Source of the DNA: an uncultured Bacilli bacterium
Lineage (GTDB): Bacteria > Bacillota_I > Bacilli_A > RF39 > UBA660
Assembly: GCA_910586195.1 (NCBI GenBank)
Contig: CAJUHO010000002.1
Span: 6,952-70,951, forward strand
Direction: 5' to 3'
DNA length: 64,000 bases
A program made the position numbers and the translations under genes. This document shows, piece by piece, positions 26,478-36,307 of the stretch (positions within the stretch are counted from its first letter, which is position 1; each line of letters begins with the position of its first letter). Below the pieces are notes generated by a model. The model was not told the origin of the DNA. It did not search any database and was given only the letters and a program-made list of their open reading frames with translations.

Positions 26478-28211
26478 ATGATGAAAGAATTTTGGTTTTA
26501 TTTAAAATTTGTATGGCAATATGTGCGTGATTTGAAAGTAAAACTCATAAAGTACACTATATGCCATATTGTTGGAATTGGTATTAGTGTTGTGGTTCCT
26601 ATATTAAGTGCTAAAGCAATTGTAAATTTGACTTCTAATGCTTGGCAACAACTAATATTAGTGGCATTTGTGATGTATGCGTTAGAAAATGTGCGGAATA
26701 TAATTCACTATATTGCAAACTATAATGCACAAATTGTATATCGTGAGAGTTTTATTAAATTACAAACTATGTTAGGTAAAGAAATTGTAAAAATTGAGAA
26801 TCAATGTATGGATAATAACAGTTCTGGTGTGTTTATTCAAAGACTTACTAATGATACTAGCAAACTGGCTGATATTTTTAATGTTTTAAATCAATATATT
26901 TCTAATATTATTACTGATATTGGAATATTACTTGCAGTTTTTCTAATTAATAAACTTGTATTTTTGTATTTAATTTCTATGATTTTAATTCTTTATGTAG
27001 TAGATTCTACTAGAGTAAGGAAAAGAAATGAAAAGGATAAAATATTTCGCGAGAAAAATGAACAGGTTTCTGGATTTATTGGAGAAATCGTAAGAGGATT
27101 AAGAGATATTAAAATGCTAAATGCTGAAAATAGTTTTATGGAAGAGCTTCATGAAAAAGTGAAAGATGTTAATAGTGAACGTTATAAAATGGGTGATGTG
27201 AATAGAAAATATAGACTATTACATGGTTCTTTAAATGATTTATTTGACTTATTGTTAATTCTTTTATTAGTTTTTTTAATTACGCATGATGAATTAACAG
27301 TAGCAAGTGCTTTAATTATTTATAATTATAATGGACATATAACATCAGTCGTTCGATTTGTTGGAATTCTTTTAGAACAGGTAAAGGATTTTAATTTATC
27401 TGCCTCTCGTATTTTTGATATTATTAATAGTGATCAGTTTCCAAAAGAGACTTTTGGTACGAAACATTTGGAAAAAGTGGAAGGTAATTTCGAATTTAAG
27501 AATGTTGTCTTTCATTATGGTGATGATAATAAAAAGGTTTTAGATCATATTGATTTCAAAGTTAATGCCAATGAGACAGTTGCTTTTGTTGGTAAAAGTG
27601 GTGCAGGGAAAAGTACTATATTTAGTCTTTTATGTAAAATGTATGATGTGGATAGTGGTAAAATTACGATAGATGGTGTTGATATTAAGACGTTGGATAA
27701 GGAATCAATTCGTTCTAATATTACGATAATTAGTCAAAATCCTTATATATTTAATATGAGTATTCGTGATAATTTTAGGTTGATGAAGGATGACTTAACA
27801 GAAGAAGAGATGATAGATGCTTGTAAGCTTGCTTGTCTTCATGATTTCGTGATGAAATTACCCCAAGGGTATGATACTGTAGTAGGGGAAGGTGGCGTTA
27901 GTCTAAGTGGAGGACAAAAACAACGACTAGCAATTGCTAGGGCATTTGTGCAAAAAACTGAGATTATTCTTTTTGATGAGGCGACGAGTGCTTTAGATAA
28001 TGAAACACAAGCGAGTATTCAAAAGGCTATTGATAATATGAAAAAAGAGTATACCATTTTGATAATTGCGCATAGACTTAGCACTGTTATTAATAGTGAT
28101 AGAATACTATTTTTGAAAGAGGGAAAGATAGAAGGAGAAGGAAGCCATAAAAAGCTTTTGAGAAGTTGTGCTGATTATCGAAAGTTATATGAAAAAGAGA
28201 TGGAAAAATAA
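26478..28211 (+). CDS. ABC exporter, fused permease + ATPase (MsbA/LmrA-type half transporter)
   Basis: 577 aa; 6 N-terminal TM helices; Walker A GKSGAGKST, ABC signature LSGGQKQR, Walker B ILFDEATSALD, H-loop. No C39 peptidase domain. Confidence 0.8.
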   Translation: MMKEFWFYLKFVWQYVRDLKVKLIKYTICHIVGIGISVVVPILSAKAIVNLTSNAWQQLILVAFVMYALENVRNIIHYIANYNAQIVYRESFIKLQTMLGKEIVKIENQCMDNNSSGVFIQRLTNDTSKLADIFNVLNQYISNIITDIGILLAVFLINKLVFLYLISMILILYVVDSTRVRKRNEKDKIFREKNEQVSGFIGEIVRGLRDIKMLNAENSFMEELHEKVKDVNSERYKMGDVNRKYRLLHGSLNDLFDLLLILLLVFLITHDELTVASALIIYNYNGHITSVVRFVGILLEQVKDFNLSASRIFDIINSDQFPKETFGTKHLEKVEGNFEFKNVVFHYGDDNKKVLDHIDFKVNANETVAFVGKSGAGKSTIFSLLCKMYDVDSGKITIDGVDIKTLDKESIRSNITIISQNPYIFNMSIRDNFRLMKDDLTEEEMIDACKLACLHDFVMKLPQGYDTVVGEGGVSLSGGQKQRLAIARAFVQKTEIILFDEATSALDNETQASIQKAIDNMKKEYTILIIAHRLSTVINSDRILFLKEGKIEGEGSHKKLLRSCADYRKLYEKEMEK

Positions 28212-28301
28212 ATGAGAATAGTTACTATTTTGGTGATAGCAATATAAAAGCATAAATTTTTTTGTATTATTTTTCATAATGTTAATAGAAGGAGTGACAT
28301 T

Positions 28302-29228
28302 ATGTTTAATAATCAAAATCCAGATGACTATGGGCTAAAGTATGTAAATCAGGAGGGAATTGGAACAAAATGTTTTCAATTTCCAGTAGAATTTCCCCCT
28401 CAGCATCAATCGAGTCAGCCTGGTATGGAATATTTGATGCAACCTCTTCCCATTTTTGATAATCCCTCTTATGTAGGTAGCGGAAAATTGAAAGATAAAG
28501 TTGCTATTATTACAGGTGGGGATTCTGGAATTGGGAGAGCAGTAGCAGTTTATTTTGCAAAAGAAGGAGCTAAATTAGTATTAGTTTATTATGATGAGAA
28601 AAAAGATGCAGAATATACAAAACAATATGTGGAAAACTTAGGTGCAGAGGTATTGCTTTTAGCAGGAGATTTAAAAAAGAAAGAGTTTTCCCAAGAAATT
28701 GTGGAAAAGACCTTATCACAATTTGGTCATATTGATATTTTAGTTAACAATGCAGGCGTGCAATATCCACAAAAAAGTTTGTTAAATATTAGTAATGAGC
28801 AATTTGATGATACAATGAAAAGTAATATTTATTCGATATTTTATTTAACAAAAGCAGTACTTCCCCATTTAAAGGGTGGGGCATCTATTATTAATACTAC
28901 TTCCATTACAACTTTTAAAGGCGAAAGGGAGTTGATTGATTATACTGGTAGTAAGGGTGCTATTGTTGGTTTTACTAGATCGTTAGCCACAAACCTCGCA
29001 CTTCAAAATATTCGAGTGAATGCAGTTTCTCCAGGAGTATTTTGGACTCCCTTACAGCCGGCTAGTTTCCCAGCTGAGAAAATGCCAACATTAGGTTCTG
29101 ACAGTGATATGCGAAGAGCTGGGCAACCTTATGAGATAGCACCGATTTATGTTTATCTAGCAAGTGATGATTCTACTTATACTACAGGGCAAGTATTTCA
29201 TATTAATGGGGGAGAATATAAGGGATAA
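28302..29228 (+). CDS. SDR-family NAD(P)-dependent oxidoreductase (YhdF/YdaD general-stress-protein-39-like)
   Basis: TGGDSGIGRA Rossmann motif, NNAG, catalytic Y...K (YTGSKGA); about 45-aa N-terminal extension typical of this subfamily. Confidence 0.8.
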   Translation: MFNNQNPDDYGLKYVNQEGIGTKCFQFPVEFPPQHQSSQPGMEYLMQPLPIFDNPSYVGSGKLKDKVAIITGGDSGIGRAVAVYFAKEGAKLVLVYYDEKKDAEYTKQYVENLGAEVLLLAGDLKKKEFSQEIVEKTLSQFGHIDILVNNAGVQYPQKSLLNISNEQFDDTMKSNIYSIFYLTKAVLPHLKGGASIINTTSITTFKGERELIDYTGSKGAIVGFTRSLATNLALQNIRVNAVSPGVFWTPLQPASFPAEKMPTLGSDSDMRRAGQPYEIAPIYVYLASDDSTYTTGQVFHINGGEYKG

Positions 29229-29246
29229 GTTAAAAAAATGTTGTTT

Positions 29247-29287
29247 AAGTACGTAATCTAGGTAATTTAGATTAAGTACTTTTTTTG
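29247..29287 (+). terminator. Rho-independent terminator after the SDR gene
   Basis: AAGTACGTAATCTA-ggtaatt-TAGATTAAGTACTT + TTTTTTG. Confidence 0.6.
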
Positions 29288-29405
29288 TAGAGGATAATAT
29301 AAAAAGATTAAGGTGTTAACTTTATATATATTTCTGTCAAATTTTTGAAAAAGATTTCATGCATTTAAGCATTAATGATATACTATAGAAGTGGAGGTAG
29401 ATAAA

Positions 29406-31628
29406 ATGGAAGAATGGAAAAATTTTATAGAAGGAATATGGACTAGTGAAGTCAACGTTCAAGATTTTATTCAAAAAAATTATAGACCTTATAGTGGAGA
29501 TGAAAGTTTTTTATGTGGAGTTTCTACTAAAACCGAGAAGGTATGGAAACGATGTGAGGAACTATTAAAAGAAGAATTAAAAAAACATGTGTTAGATATT
29601 GATTGTACGCATATGTCTGGTATTGATACATATGATGCTGGATATATTGATAAAGACAATGAGGTAATTGTGGGGCTTCAAACAGATGCACCATTAAAAA
29701 GAATTGTCAATCCATATGGTGGAATTCGTATGGTGTATCAAGAATTGGATGCCTATGGATATAAGTTGAATGAAACAGTTGATAAATATTTTAATGAATT
29801 CAGAAAAACGCATAACCAAGGTGTATTCGATGCTTATAGTGAAGAAGTTCGCAAATGTCGCCATGTAGGACTTTTAACAGGATTACCAGATGCTTATGGA
29901 CGTGGGCGTATTATTGGTGACTATAGAAGGGTTGCTTTATATGGAATTGATTTCCTAATGAAAGAGAAAAAAAGTGATTGGGATAATTTAAAAGGACCAA
30001 TGACAAATGATTTAATTCAATTAAGGGAAGATGTTTCTATGCAATATCGTGCCTTAGATGCAATTAAAAAGATGGCATCGCGATATGGTGCAGATATTTC
30101 CCATCCTGCCAAAAATGCAAAAGAAGCAATTCAATGGACTTATTTTGCCTACCTTGCTGCTGTAAAGGAAAACAATGGTGCAGCTATGAGTTTAGGTAGA
30201 GTAGATGATTTTTTTGATATTTATATTGAAAGAGATATAGAAGCAGGAACTCTTACAGAGGAAGAGGCCCAAGAGTTAATTGATCAATTTGTTATTAAAT
30301 TGCGTCTAGTACGTCATTTACGTACACCAGATTATGATGAGTTGTTCTCGGGAGATCCTACTTGGGTTACTTGTTCTCTTGCAGGAATTGGTGAAGATAA
30401 GCGTTCAAAAGTTACAAAAACTTCTTATCGTATTCTTCATACATTAACAAATCTAGATCCAGCTCCAGAACCTAATATGACAGTTTTGTGGAGTGAAGAA
30501 TTACCAGATGATTTTAAGAAATATTGTGCTAAGATGAGTATTGAAACAGATGCTATTCAATATGAAAATGATGATATTATGAGACCTCTTTATGGTGATG
30601 ACTATGCTATTGCTTGTTGTGTTTCCGCTATGCGTGTGGGACGAGATATGCAATTTTTTGGAGCACGTTGTAATTTAGCCAAGGCCCTTTTATACTCTAT
30701 CAATGGTGGTGTGGATGAAATAAAGGGTGATAAGGTTTTAGATGTTCCACAAATAACAGATGAAGTTTTAGATTACGATAAAGTAAAGAATGCCTATTTT
30801 AATGTTTTAGAGCGTATTGCTGGAATTTACTCAGATGCTATGAATGTGATTCATTATATGCATGACAAGTATGCTTATGAAGCAGGACAAATGGCACTTC
30901 ATGATACCAAGGTACGTAGATTGATGGCCTATGGTGTAGCAGGACTTTCTGTTGTGGCCGATAGTCTTTCTGCTATTAAATATGCAACCGTTCGTCCTGT
31001 TCGAGATGAAAATGGCATTACAAAAGATTTTAAGGTAGAAGGGGATTTTCCAAAATACGGGAATGATGATGATAGAGTAGATGATATTGCTAAAGAAGTG
31101 TTAGATAAATTCTATAAAGAACTATGTAAACATAAGCCATATCGTGATGCTGAAGTAACTTTGTCAGTTTTAACGATTACATCAAATGTTGTATACGGTT
31201 CTAAAACAGGTGCTACTCCTGATGGAAGAGCATCAGGTGTTGCCTTTGCCCCAGGTGCAAATCCGATGCATGAACGTGATGCTAGTGGAGCGCTTGCCTC
31301 ACTTAATTCTGTTGCAAAGCTTAAGTATCAGGAATGTTGTAGAGATGGAATTTCCAACACTTTCTCAATTGTGCCTTCAACACTTGGAAAAACAAAGGAA
31401 GAGCAGATTGATAATTTGGTAAGTGTCTTAGATGGCTATTTTGTTCAGGGCGCTCATCATTTAAATGTAAATGTATTAAATCGTGAGACTTTGGAAGATG
31501 CTATGGAAAATCCAGACAAGTATCCACTCTTAACAATTCGTGTATCTGGTTATGCCGTACGTTTTAATCGTTTGACGAGAAAACAACAGGAAGAAGTAAT
31601 CGCTAGAACATTCCATGGTAAAATGTAA
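29406..31628 (+). CDS. pflB: Formate C-acetyltransferase (pyruvate formate-lyase)
   Basis: About 740 aa; active-site Cys pair region ([12 protein letters not shown]) and C-terminal glycyl-radical motif [15 protein letters not shown]; RBS GGAGGT 7 nt before the ATG at 29406. Confidence 0.9.
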   Translation: MEEWKNFIEGIWTSEVNVQDFIQKNYRPYSGDESFLCGVSTKTEKVWKRCEELLKEELKKHVLDIDCTHMSGIDTYDAGYIDKDNEVIVGLQTDAPLKRIVNPYGGIRMVYQELDAYGYKLNETVDKYFNEFRKTHNQGVFDAYSEEVRKCRHVGLLTGLPDAYGRGRIIGDYRRVALYGIDFLMKEKKSDWDNLKGPMTNDLIQLREDVSMQYRALDAIKKMASRYGADISHPAKNAKEAIQWTYFAYLAAVKENNGAAMSLGRVDDFFDIYIERDIEAGTLTEEEAQELIDQFVIKLRLVRHLRTPDYDELFSGDPTWVTCSLAGIGEDKRSKVTKTSYRILHTLTNLDPAPEPNMTVLWSEELPDDFKKYCAKMSIETDAIQYENDDIMRPLYGDDYAIACCVSAMRVGRDMQFFGARCNLAKALLYSINGGVDEIKGDKVLDVPQITDEVLDYDKVKNAYFNVLERIAGIYSDAMNVIHYMHDKYAYEAGQMALHDTKVRRLMAYGVAGLSVVADSLSAIKYATVRPVRDENGITKDFKVEGDFPKYGNDDDRVDDIAKEVLDKFYKELCKHKPYRDAEVTLSVLTITSNVVYGSKTGATPDGRASGVAFAPGANPMHERDASGALASLNSVAKLKYQECCRDGISNTFSIVPSTLGKTKEEQIDNLVSVLDGYFVQGAHHLNVNVLNRETLEDAMENPDKYPLLTIRVSGYAVRFNRLTRKQQEEVIARTFHGKM

Positions 31629-31629
31629 T

Positions 31630-32355
31630 ATGAAAACATGTGGTAGTGTAGATTCTATTGAAACCTTTGGTCTAGTAGATGGTCCAGGGATTCGTACAGT
31701 TGTATTTTTAAATGGTTGTATGCTACGTTGTAAATACTGCCATAATCCTGAAATGTGGAGTTTTGGAAAAGAAAATATGGCAGTAGATGACTTGGTGACC
31801 AAATTAATAAGAAATAAACCATATTTTAGAAGAGGGCAAGGCGGCGTGACATTTTCTGGAGGGGAACCTTTATTACAAGTTGATTTTTTGATAGCAGTAT
31901 CAAAAAAGTTGAAAGAGCAAGGTATACATGTAGCCCTAGATACAGCAGGAGTTGGTGTTGGAAGATATGAAGATATTTTACAATACGTAGATTTGGTAAT
32001 TTTAGATATTAAGCATTTAACAGAAGAAGGATACAAAGACTTAGTGGGGAGAGATAGGAGTGCTTTTTTCCAATTTGTAAAGGTTTGTCAAAGTATGAAA
32101 AAGCCATTATGGATACGACAGGTGGTAGTACCTGGAGTCCATGATAATGACTCGTATATGAATTTATTAGTAGATTATTTAAAGACATTAGATTATATTG
32201 AAAAAATAGAGTTTATTCCTTATCATAAACTTGGTAGTGAAAAGTATGAAAAGTTAGGAATTGAAAATCCTTATGTTAATAAGGAGGCTATGAATGAAGA
32301 AAAATGTCAAGAATTATATCAAAAGTATATTGAATCCAATTTTTATTTTAGATAA
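31630..32355 (+). CDS. pflA: Pyruvate formate-lyase activating enzyme (radical SAM)
   Basis: CxxxCxxC (GCMLRCKYCHNPE) radical-SAM cluster motif; glycine-rich GGEPLLQ; directly follows the pflB stop. Confidence 0.85.
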   Translation: MKTCGSVDSIETFGLVDGPGIRTVVFLNGCMLRCKYCHNPEMWSFGKENMAVDDLVTKLIRNKPYFRRGQGGVTFSGGEPLLQVDFLIAVSKKLKEQGIHVALDTAGVGVGRYEDILQYVDLVILDIKHLTEEGYKDLVGRDRSAFFQFVKVCQSMKKPLWIRQVVVPGVHDNDSYMNLLVDYLKTLDYIEKIEFIPYHKLGSEKYEKLGIENPYVNKEAMNEEKCQELYQKYIESNFYFR

Positions 32356-32362
32356 TAAAGGG

Positions 32363-32396
32363 ACGGTTGTGAAATTTGCAACTGTTCTTTTTTTAG
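32363..32396 (+). terminator. Rho-independent terminator after pflA
   Basis: ACGGTTG-(9 nt)-CAACTGT (one G-U pair) + TCTTTTTTT. Confidence 0.55.
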
Positions 32397-32626
32397 AGAG
32401 ATTGGTGATAGGAATGTTTCGTTTTGTTTTTTCGTGCTAAAATATGGTTTTTATATTATAATAATGATAGTTTGGAGTTTAGAGTATCTAAAGTAAGATA
32501 TGAAATGGAAATTTTTAGTGATGAAAATGAGATGCTGTGTTATGTACTAGATTTCTATAAGGAAAAAGAAGCATATCAAAAAAGGTTACACTTATAACAA
32601 AGTAATGATAGAAAGTGGTGAAGTTT

Positions 32627-33499
32627 ATGAGAAAGTCAGATGAGTGGAAAGATTATGAGTTACTGGATTGTTCTAATGGTGAAAAATTGGAACGTTGGGG
32701 AAAGTATATTCTCCTTCGACCAGATCCACAGATTATTTGGAATACAGGCTCTTTATATGATAAATATAGAGACAGTATAGATGCTGTTTACCATCGTAGT
32801 AATAAAGGTGGTGGCTATTGGGAAAATTTAAAAAGTCTTCCGAGTGAATGGAATGTATCTTATAAAGAGTTAGTATTTCATATTAAGCAGATGGGGTTTA
32901 AGCATACAGGTCTTTTTCCAGAACAGGCGGTAAACTGGGATTTTATGATGGAAAAAATTAGGAGTGCTAATCGTCCTATTAAGGTTTTAAATTTATTTGC
33001 TTATACAGGAGGAGCTTCTGTTGCTTGTCTTAAGGCAGGTGCTAGTGTTACACATGTAGACTCTTCTCGTGGTATGGTAGATTGGTGTAAGGAAAATGTT
33101 CGTATGAATGGCTTAGAAGATAGGCCTATTCGTTATTTAGTAGATGATGTTTTAAAATTTGTAGAACGTGAAATTAGAAGGGGAAATCACTATGATGCTA
33201 TTGTTATGGATCCACCAAGCTATGGAAGAGGTGTGAATAAAGAAGTTTGGAATATTGAAAAAGATTTGACATATCTCATAGAGCAATGTATGAAAATATT
33301 GAGCGATCAGCCACTTTTTTTCTTAATTAACTCTTATACGACGGGACTTTCTGCAACGACACTTTTAAATCTTTTAACAGTAACGGTGCAAAAAAAATAT
33401 CAGGGAATTGTAACAGCAGGAGAAGTGGGCCTTCCCATTACAAATAGTAAGTTGGCACTTCCTTGTGGAATTTATGGAAGATGGGAAAGTAATGAATAA
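32627..33499 (+). CDS. Class I SAM-dependent rRNA (m5C) methyltransferase, RlmI/YwbD-like
   Basis: Pattern LNLFAYTGGASVA ... DSSRGMVDWCKENVRMNGL ... VMDPPSYG matches RlmI-type 23S rRNA C-methyltransferases; start taken at the ATG preceded by GGTGA. Confidence 0.7.
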   Translation: MRKSDEWKDYELLDCSNGEKLERWGKYILLRPDPQIIWNTGSLYDKYRDSIDAVYHRSNKGGGYWENLKSLPSEWNVSYKELVFHIKQMGFKHTGLFPEQAVNWDFMMEKIRSANRPIKVLNLFAYTGGASVACLKAGASVTHVDSSRGMVDWCKENVRMNGLEDRPIRYLVDDVLKFVEREIRRGNHYDAIVMDPPSYGRGVNKEVWNIEKDLTYLIEQCMKILSDQPLFFLINSYTTGLSATTLLNLLTVTVQKKYQGIVTAGEVGLPITNSKLALPCGIYGRWESNE

Positions 33500-34175
33500 A
33501 TTGAATGTACTTTATGAAGATAATCATATTATTGTTGTAGAAAAGCCAGTGAATGTCTTAAGTCAAAAAGATATTACTGGAGATGTTGATTTACTTACTA
33601 TGGTAAAATCATATATTAAAGAGAAATACCAAAAAAAGGGAGAGGTATATTGCGGATTAGTTCATAGGCTCGATAGGCCTGTTGGTGGTATTATGGTTTT
33701 TGCAAGAACATCTAAGGCAGCAGGTAGACTAGGAAAAGAAATGTCTAACTCTTTTGAGAAAAAATATTTAGCAGTAGTAGATGGAATTATAAAACAGGAT
33801 GAAGGTATCTTGGTGGATTACTTAAAAAAGTTAGATAATGGAAGTAGTATTGTTACTACAAAAGAGTTTGGAAAACGGTGTGAGCTTTTTTATAGGGTGA
33901 TAGAACGTAATGTAAAAAGGCATGAAACTTTAGTAGAAGTTAGCCTAAAAACTGGTAGGCATCATCAAATTCGGGTACAATTTTCTCATTTTGGTCATCC
34001 ATTATGTGGTGATCAGAGATATTTTAAGCAGGATAAAACGCCTATTGCGCTTTATGCTTATAAGCTTTCTTTTATTCATCCAGTTAGAAAAGAAAAAATG
34101 TGTTTTACTTTGTTTCCAAAAGAAAAAAAGTATTGGACAGATTTTACAATGTCAAATGGTGTCAAACCTAAATAA
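33465..34175 (+). CDS. RluA-family pseudouridine synthase
   Basis: Catalytic motif HRLDRPVGGIMVFARTSKAAGRL and downstream GRHHQIRVQF; start ambiguous (33465/33480/33492) because it overlaps the upstream gene. Confidence 0.75.
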   Translation: MEFMEDGKVMNKLNVLYEDNHIIVVEKPVNVLSQKDITGDVDLLTMVKSYIKEKYQKKGEVYCGLVHRLDRPVGGIMVFARTSKAAGRLGKEMSNSFEKKYLAVVDGIIKQDEGILVDYLKKLDNGSSIVTTKEFGKRCELFYRVIERNVKRHETLVEVSLKTGRHHQIRVQFSHFGHPLCGDQRYFKQDKTPIALYAYKLSFIHPVRKEKMCFTLFPKEKKYWTDFTMSNGVKPK

Positions 34176-34223
34176 TGTTTGCAATGGCCTCATTTTTTTG
34201 TTATCATTGTAATAGAATAAAGT

Positions 34224-35678
34224 ATGAGGGAGATAGATGTTATGATATTAGCAATGAATTTTGACTTCAGTTGGTTTTTAACGATTCCCGGTATGTTAAT
34301 TACAGGTGGAGTTTTATTACTAATAATAGCTTTAATTATATTTATTGCTACTTCTAGTAAAAAAGGTAAAGGTAAAAATAGAAATGAAGAGATGAATCAA
34401 GTTTCTCAGGCAGGAGCACAGGCTATTTTGGACAGTGCTCAATCTGTTGCTATGCCACCAATGACTGATGGAGCACCAATGGCTGTTCCTGAAATGGCGT
34501 TTAATGATATGCAAATGGGAGGAGTGCCTTCTATGGAAATGTCTCAAGGAATGACTATGCCTAATATAGATCAAAGTGCTATGGCAACACCATCTATGCC
34601 TTCTACACCAATAGATAATTCGTCAGTATCAACAGTACCAGAAATTGCTCCAATGGATATGCCAAGTCCAGGGGTAGATGCTCAAAATGTAGAGCCAGTT
34701 GCAATGCCGAGTGATGTAGTAGAGCCACTTGCACCAACTGTAGATGTAACGCCGCCAACAGAGGCAGCACCATATGTTGTTGCACCAGTGGAAGATGTTG
34801 TACCAGATTCAGCTGTGTCAACTCCAATAAGTGAAAATAACATTCAACCTGTTGATAATGTTGCACCAGTTATGGAGGTACAACAGCCAGAGATTGCAAT
34901 GCCACAGGCAACAGATGTTACAGTACCAGAAATTGCTCCAGTGGAGATGGCAAGTCCTGTAGTAGAGGCTCCAACCATTTATGGTGGTGCTAGTCCTGTT
35001 GTTCCTAATATTAATATCGATAATCAACCACATCAAATATATGGGGGGGCTAATCCTATGGATAATACACAAACACTTCCAGTTATGGAACCAGAATCAA
35101 TTTCAACTTCGACAGTAACAGATCCAATTCAACCAGCACCAATAGAGTCAATGATGACTATGCAGCCAGATATGATGTCTACTGAGCCAGTAGTGCCTGT
35201 ACAAAGTGAACCTTTTTCTATGGAACAGGCTATGTCTATTCAACCAGAAATTGCACCAGTAGAGGTTGCTATGCCAGTACAGCCAGAAGTTGTACCAGTA
35301 GAGCCTATTATGACTCCACAACCTGAAGCTGTACCTGTTACTCCAGTTACAATGACACAACCTGATATTGTTACTCCTGTTGCCAATGTAGTAGAACAAC
35401 CTGAGGTTCTTCCTATGGATCAAGTTATAATGGCACAACCAGAGGTTGTACCTATGAGTCCTATTATGCCAGTAGAGCCAGTTGCACCTGTAATTGAAAA
35501 TGTTTCATCTCAGTCTGAGATGGTTTCTCCTACAGTTGCTCAGGTAGCAATACCACAAGTTGAGACAGTAGCTCCGCAAGTGGTGCCTCCAGTAGTAGAT
35601 AATTTAGGAACACAGCCAGTTCAACAAAACACAGCAGCTACTACTACAGCGCCTGTAGAAGTTGTAGAAATTGCTTAA
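34224..35678 (+). CDS. Membrane-anchored low-complexity protein (484 aa) with long Pro/Val/Ala/Met/Glu/Gln-rich repetitive region
   Basis: One N-terminal TM (res 18-42), then about 430 aa of degenerate repeats (...IAPVEMASPVVEAP..., ...PEVVPVEPIMTPQPEAVPVTPV...). The DNA-level repeats create several spurious antisense ORFs. Confidence 0.6.
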   Translation: MREIDVMILAMNFDFSWFLTIPGMLITGGVLLLIIALIIFIATSSKKGKGKNRNEEMNQVSQAGAQAILDSAQSVAMPPMTDGAPMAVPEMAFNDMQMGGVPSMEMSQGMTMPNIDQSAMATPSMPSTPIDNSSVSTVPEIAPMDMPSPGVDAQNVEPVAMPSDVVEPLAPTVDVTPPTEAAPYVVAPVEDVVPDSAVSTPISENNIQPVDNVAPVMEVQQPEIAMPQATDVTVPEIAPVEMASPVVEAPTIYGGASPVVPNINIDNQPHQIYGGANPMDNTQTLPVMEPESISTSTVTDPIQPAPIESMMTMQPDMMSTEPVVPVQSEPFSMEQAMSIQPEIAPVEVAMPVQPEVVPVEPIMTPQPEAVPVTPVTMTQPDIVTPVANVVEQPEVLPMDQVIMAQPEVVPMSPIMPVEPVAPVIENVSSQSEMVSPTVAQVAIPQVETVAPQVVPPVVDNLGTQPVQQNTAATTTAPVEVVEIA

Positions 35679-35693
35679 TATAACATAAAATAG

Positions 35694-35718
35694 TCAACAT
35701 TAAATGTTGATTTTTTTT
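35694..35718 (+). terminator. Rho-independent terminator after the repetitive-protein gene
   Basis: TCAACAT-taa-ATGTTGA + TTTTTTTT. Confidence 0.6.
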
Positions 35719-35789
35719 GTTATAAGTGAGGTGGAGGCTGTTGATAAATTTTTAATTTTAATATATTATAATCTGTGTTATAAAAATTA

Positions 35790-35981
35790 ATGAAGGGAGT
35801 TTTTATTATGAAAAATTTTAAATTAACGTTAACGACTAAATCAGAAGTTTTATCATACTTAGAGAATAAGAAAATATCTTTACAAAGAAAAAAAGATGCT
35901 GCCTTTCTTTTGGAAGCAGTGGGTAGTGGTATTATGGGATTTCAAATAGCTGGGTTTTATCCTTTTGTAGTTCAAGGGTAG
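35790..35981 (+). CDS. Small hypothetical protein (63 aa)
   Basis: ORF with GGGAG RBS-like sequence upstream; no motif. Confidence 0.3.
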   Translation: MKGVFIMKNFKLTLTTKSEVLSYLENKKISLQRKKDAAFLLEAVGSGIMGFQIAGFYPFVVQG

Positions 35982-36043
35982 GAGGTCATTTACTTGGACT
36001 AGACAGAGTACCTTTTAATTCCATTGAAATAATTCAGGCTAAT

Positions 36044-36265
36044 ATGCATTTAGGCTCTCTATTTATGGGAGCAACATTAGTTACATCAATATGTAGTCTT
36101 ATGTTTTTTAAAAAATGCAAAGGTTCTAATTATAAATTGCAAGAAACAGAGCAAAAAATAGGTTGGATAAAAGATGGTACATTAACAGAAAATGCAATGT
36201 TAGAATTGGAAAAGGAAGTAGTAGAAGCAAGAGAAGAAAAGATGACAAAAGTAAAAACTAGATAA
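36044..36265 (+). CDS. Small hypothetical protein (73 aa) with N-terminal TM/signal
   Basis: ORF only; followed by a bidirectional terminator. Confidence 0.3.
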   Translation: MHLGSLFMGATLVTSICSLMFFKKCKGSNYKLQETEQKIGWIKDGTLTENAMLELEKEVVEAREEKMTKVKTR

Positions 36266-36277
36266 TCATTAGCATGA

Positions 36278-36307
36278 AAAAACACTTTCTTTAGTGAAAG
36301 TGTTTTT
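36278..36307. terminator. Bidirectional rho-independent terminator between convergent genes
   Basis: AAAAACACTTTC-tttagt-GAAAGTGTTTTT with an A-run upstream and a T-run downstream. Confidence 0.6.

Noticed and set aside
29391-29405. Upstream extensions of pflB (MEVDK-), pflA (from 31615), scpA (from 13179), rlmI-like (32615) and GT genes (50610, 54659, 55854) given in the ORF track
   Set aside because: Internal start codons are preceded by proper Shine-Dalgarno sequences and/or the extension overlaps the upstream gene's coding end. The shorter forms were adopted.
34332-35438. Five minus-strand ORFs (80-96 aa; His/Trp/Cys/Leu-rich) inside the repetitive-protein gene
   Set aside because: Artefacts of the plus-strand DNA repeats (antisense of GTx/CCx-rich codons). 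They lie entirely within a strongly supported plus-strand CDS with RBS and terminator.
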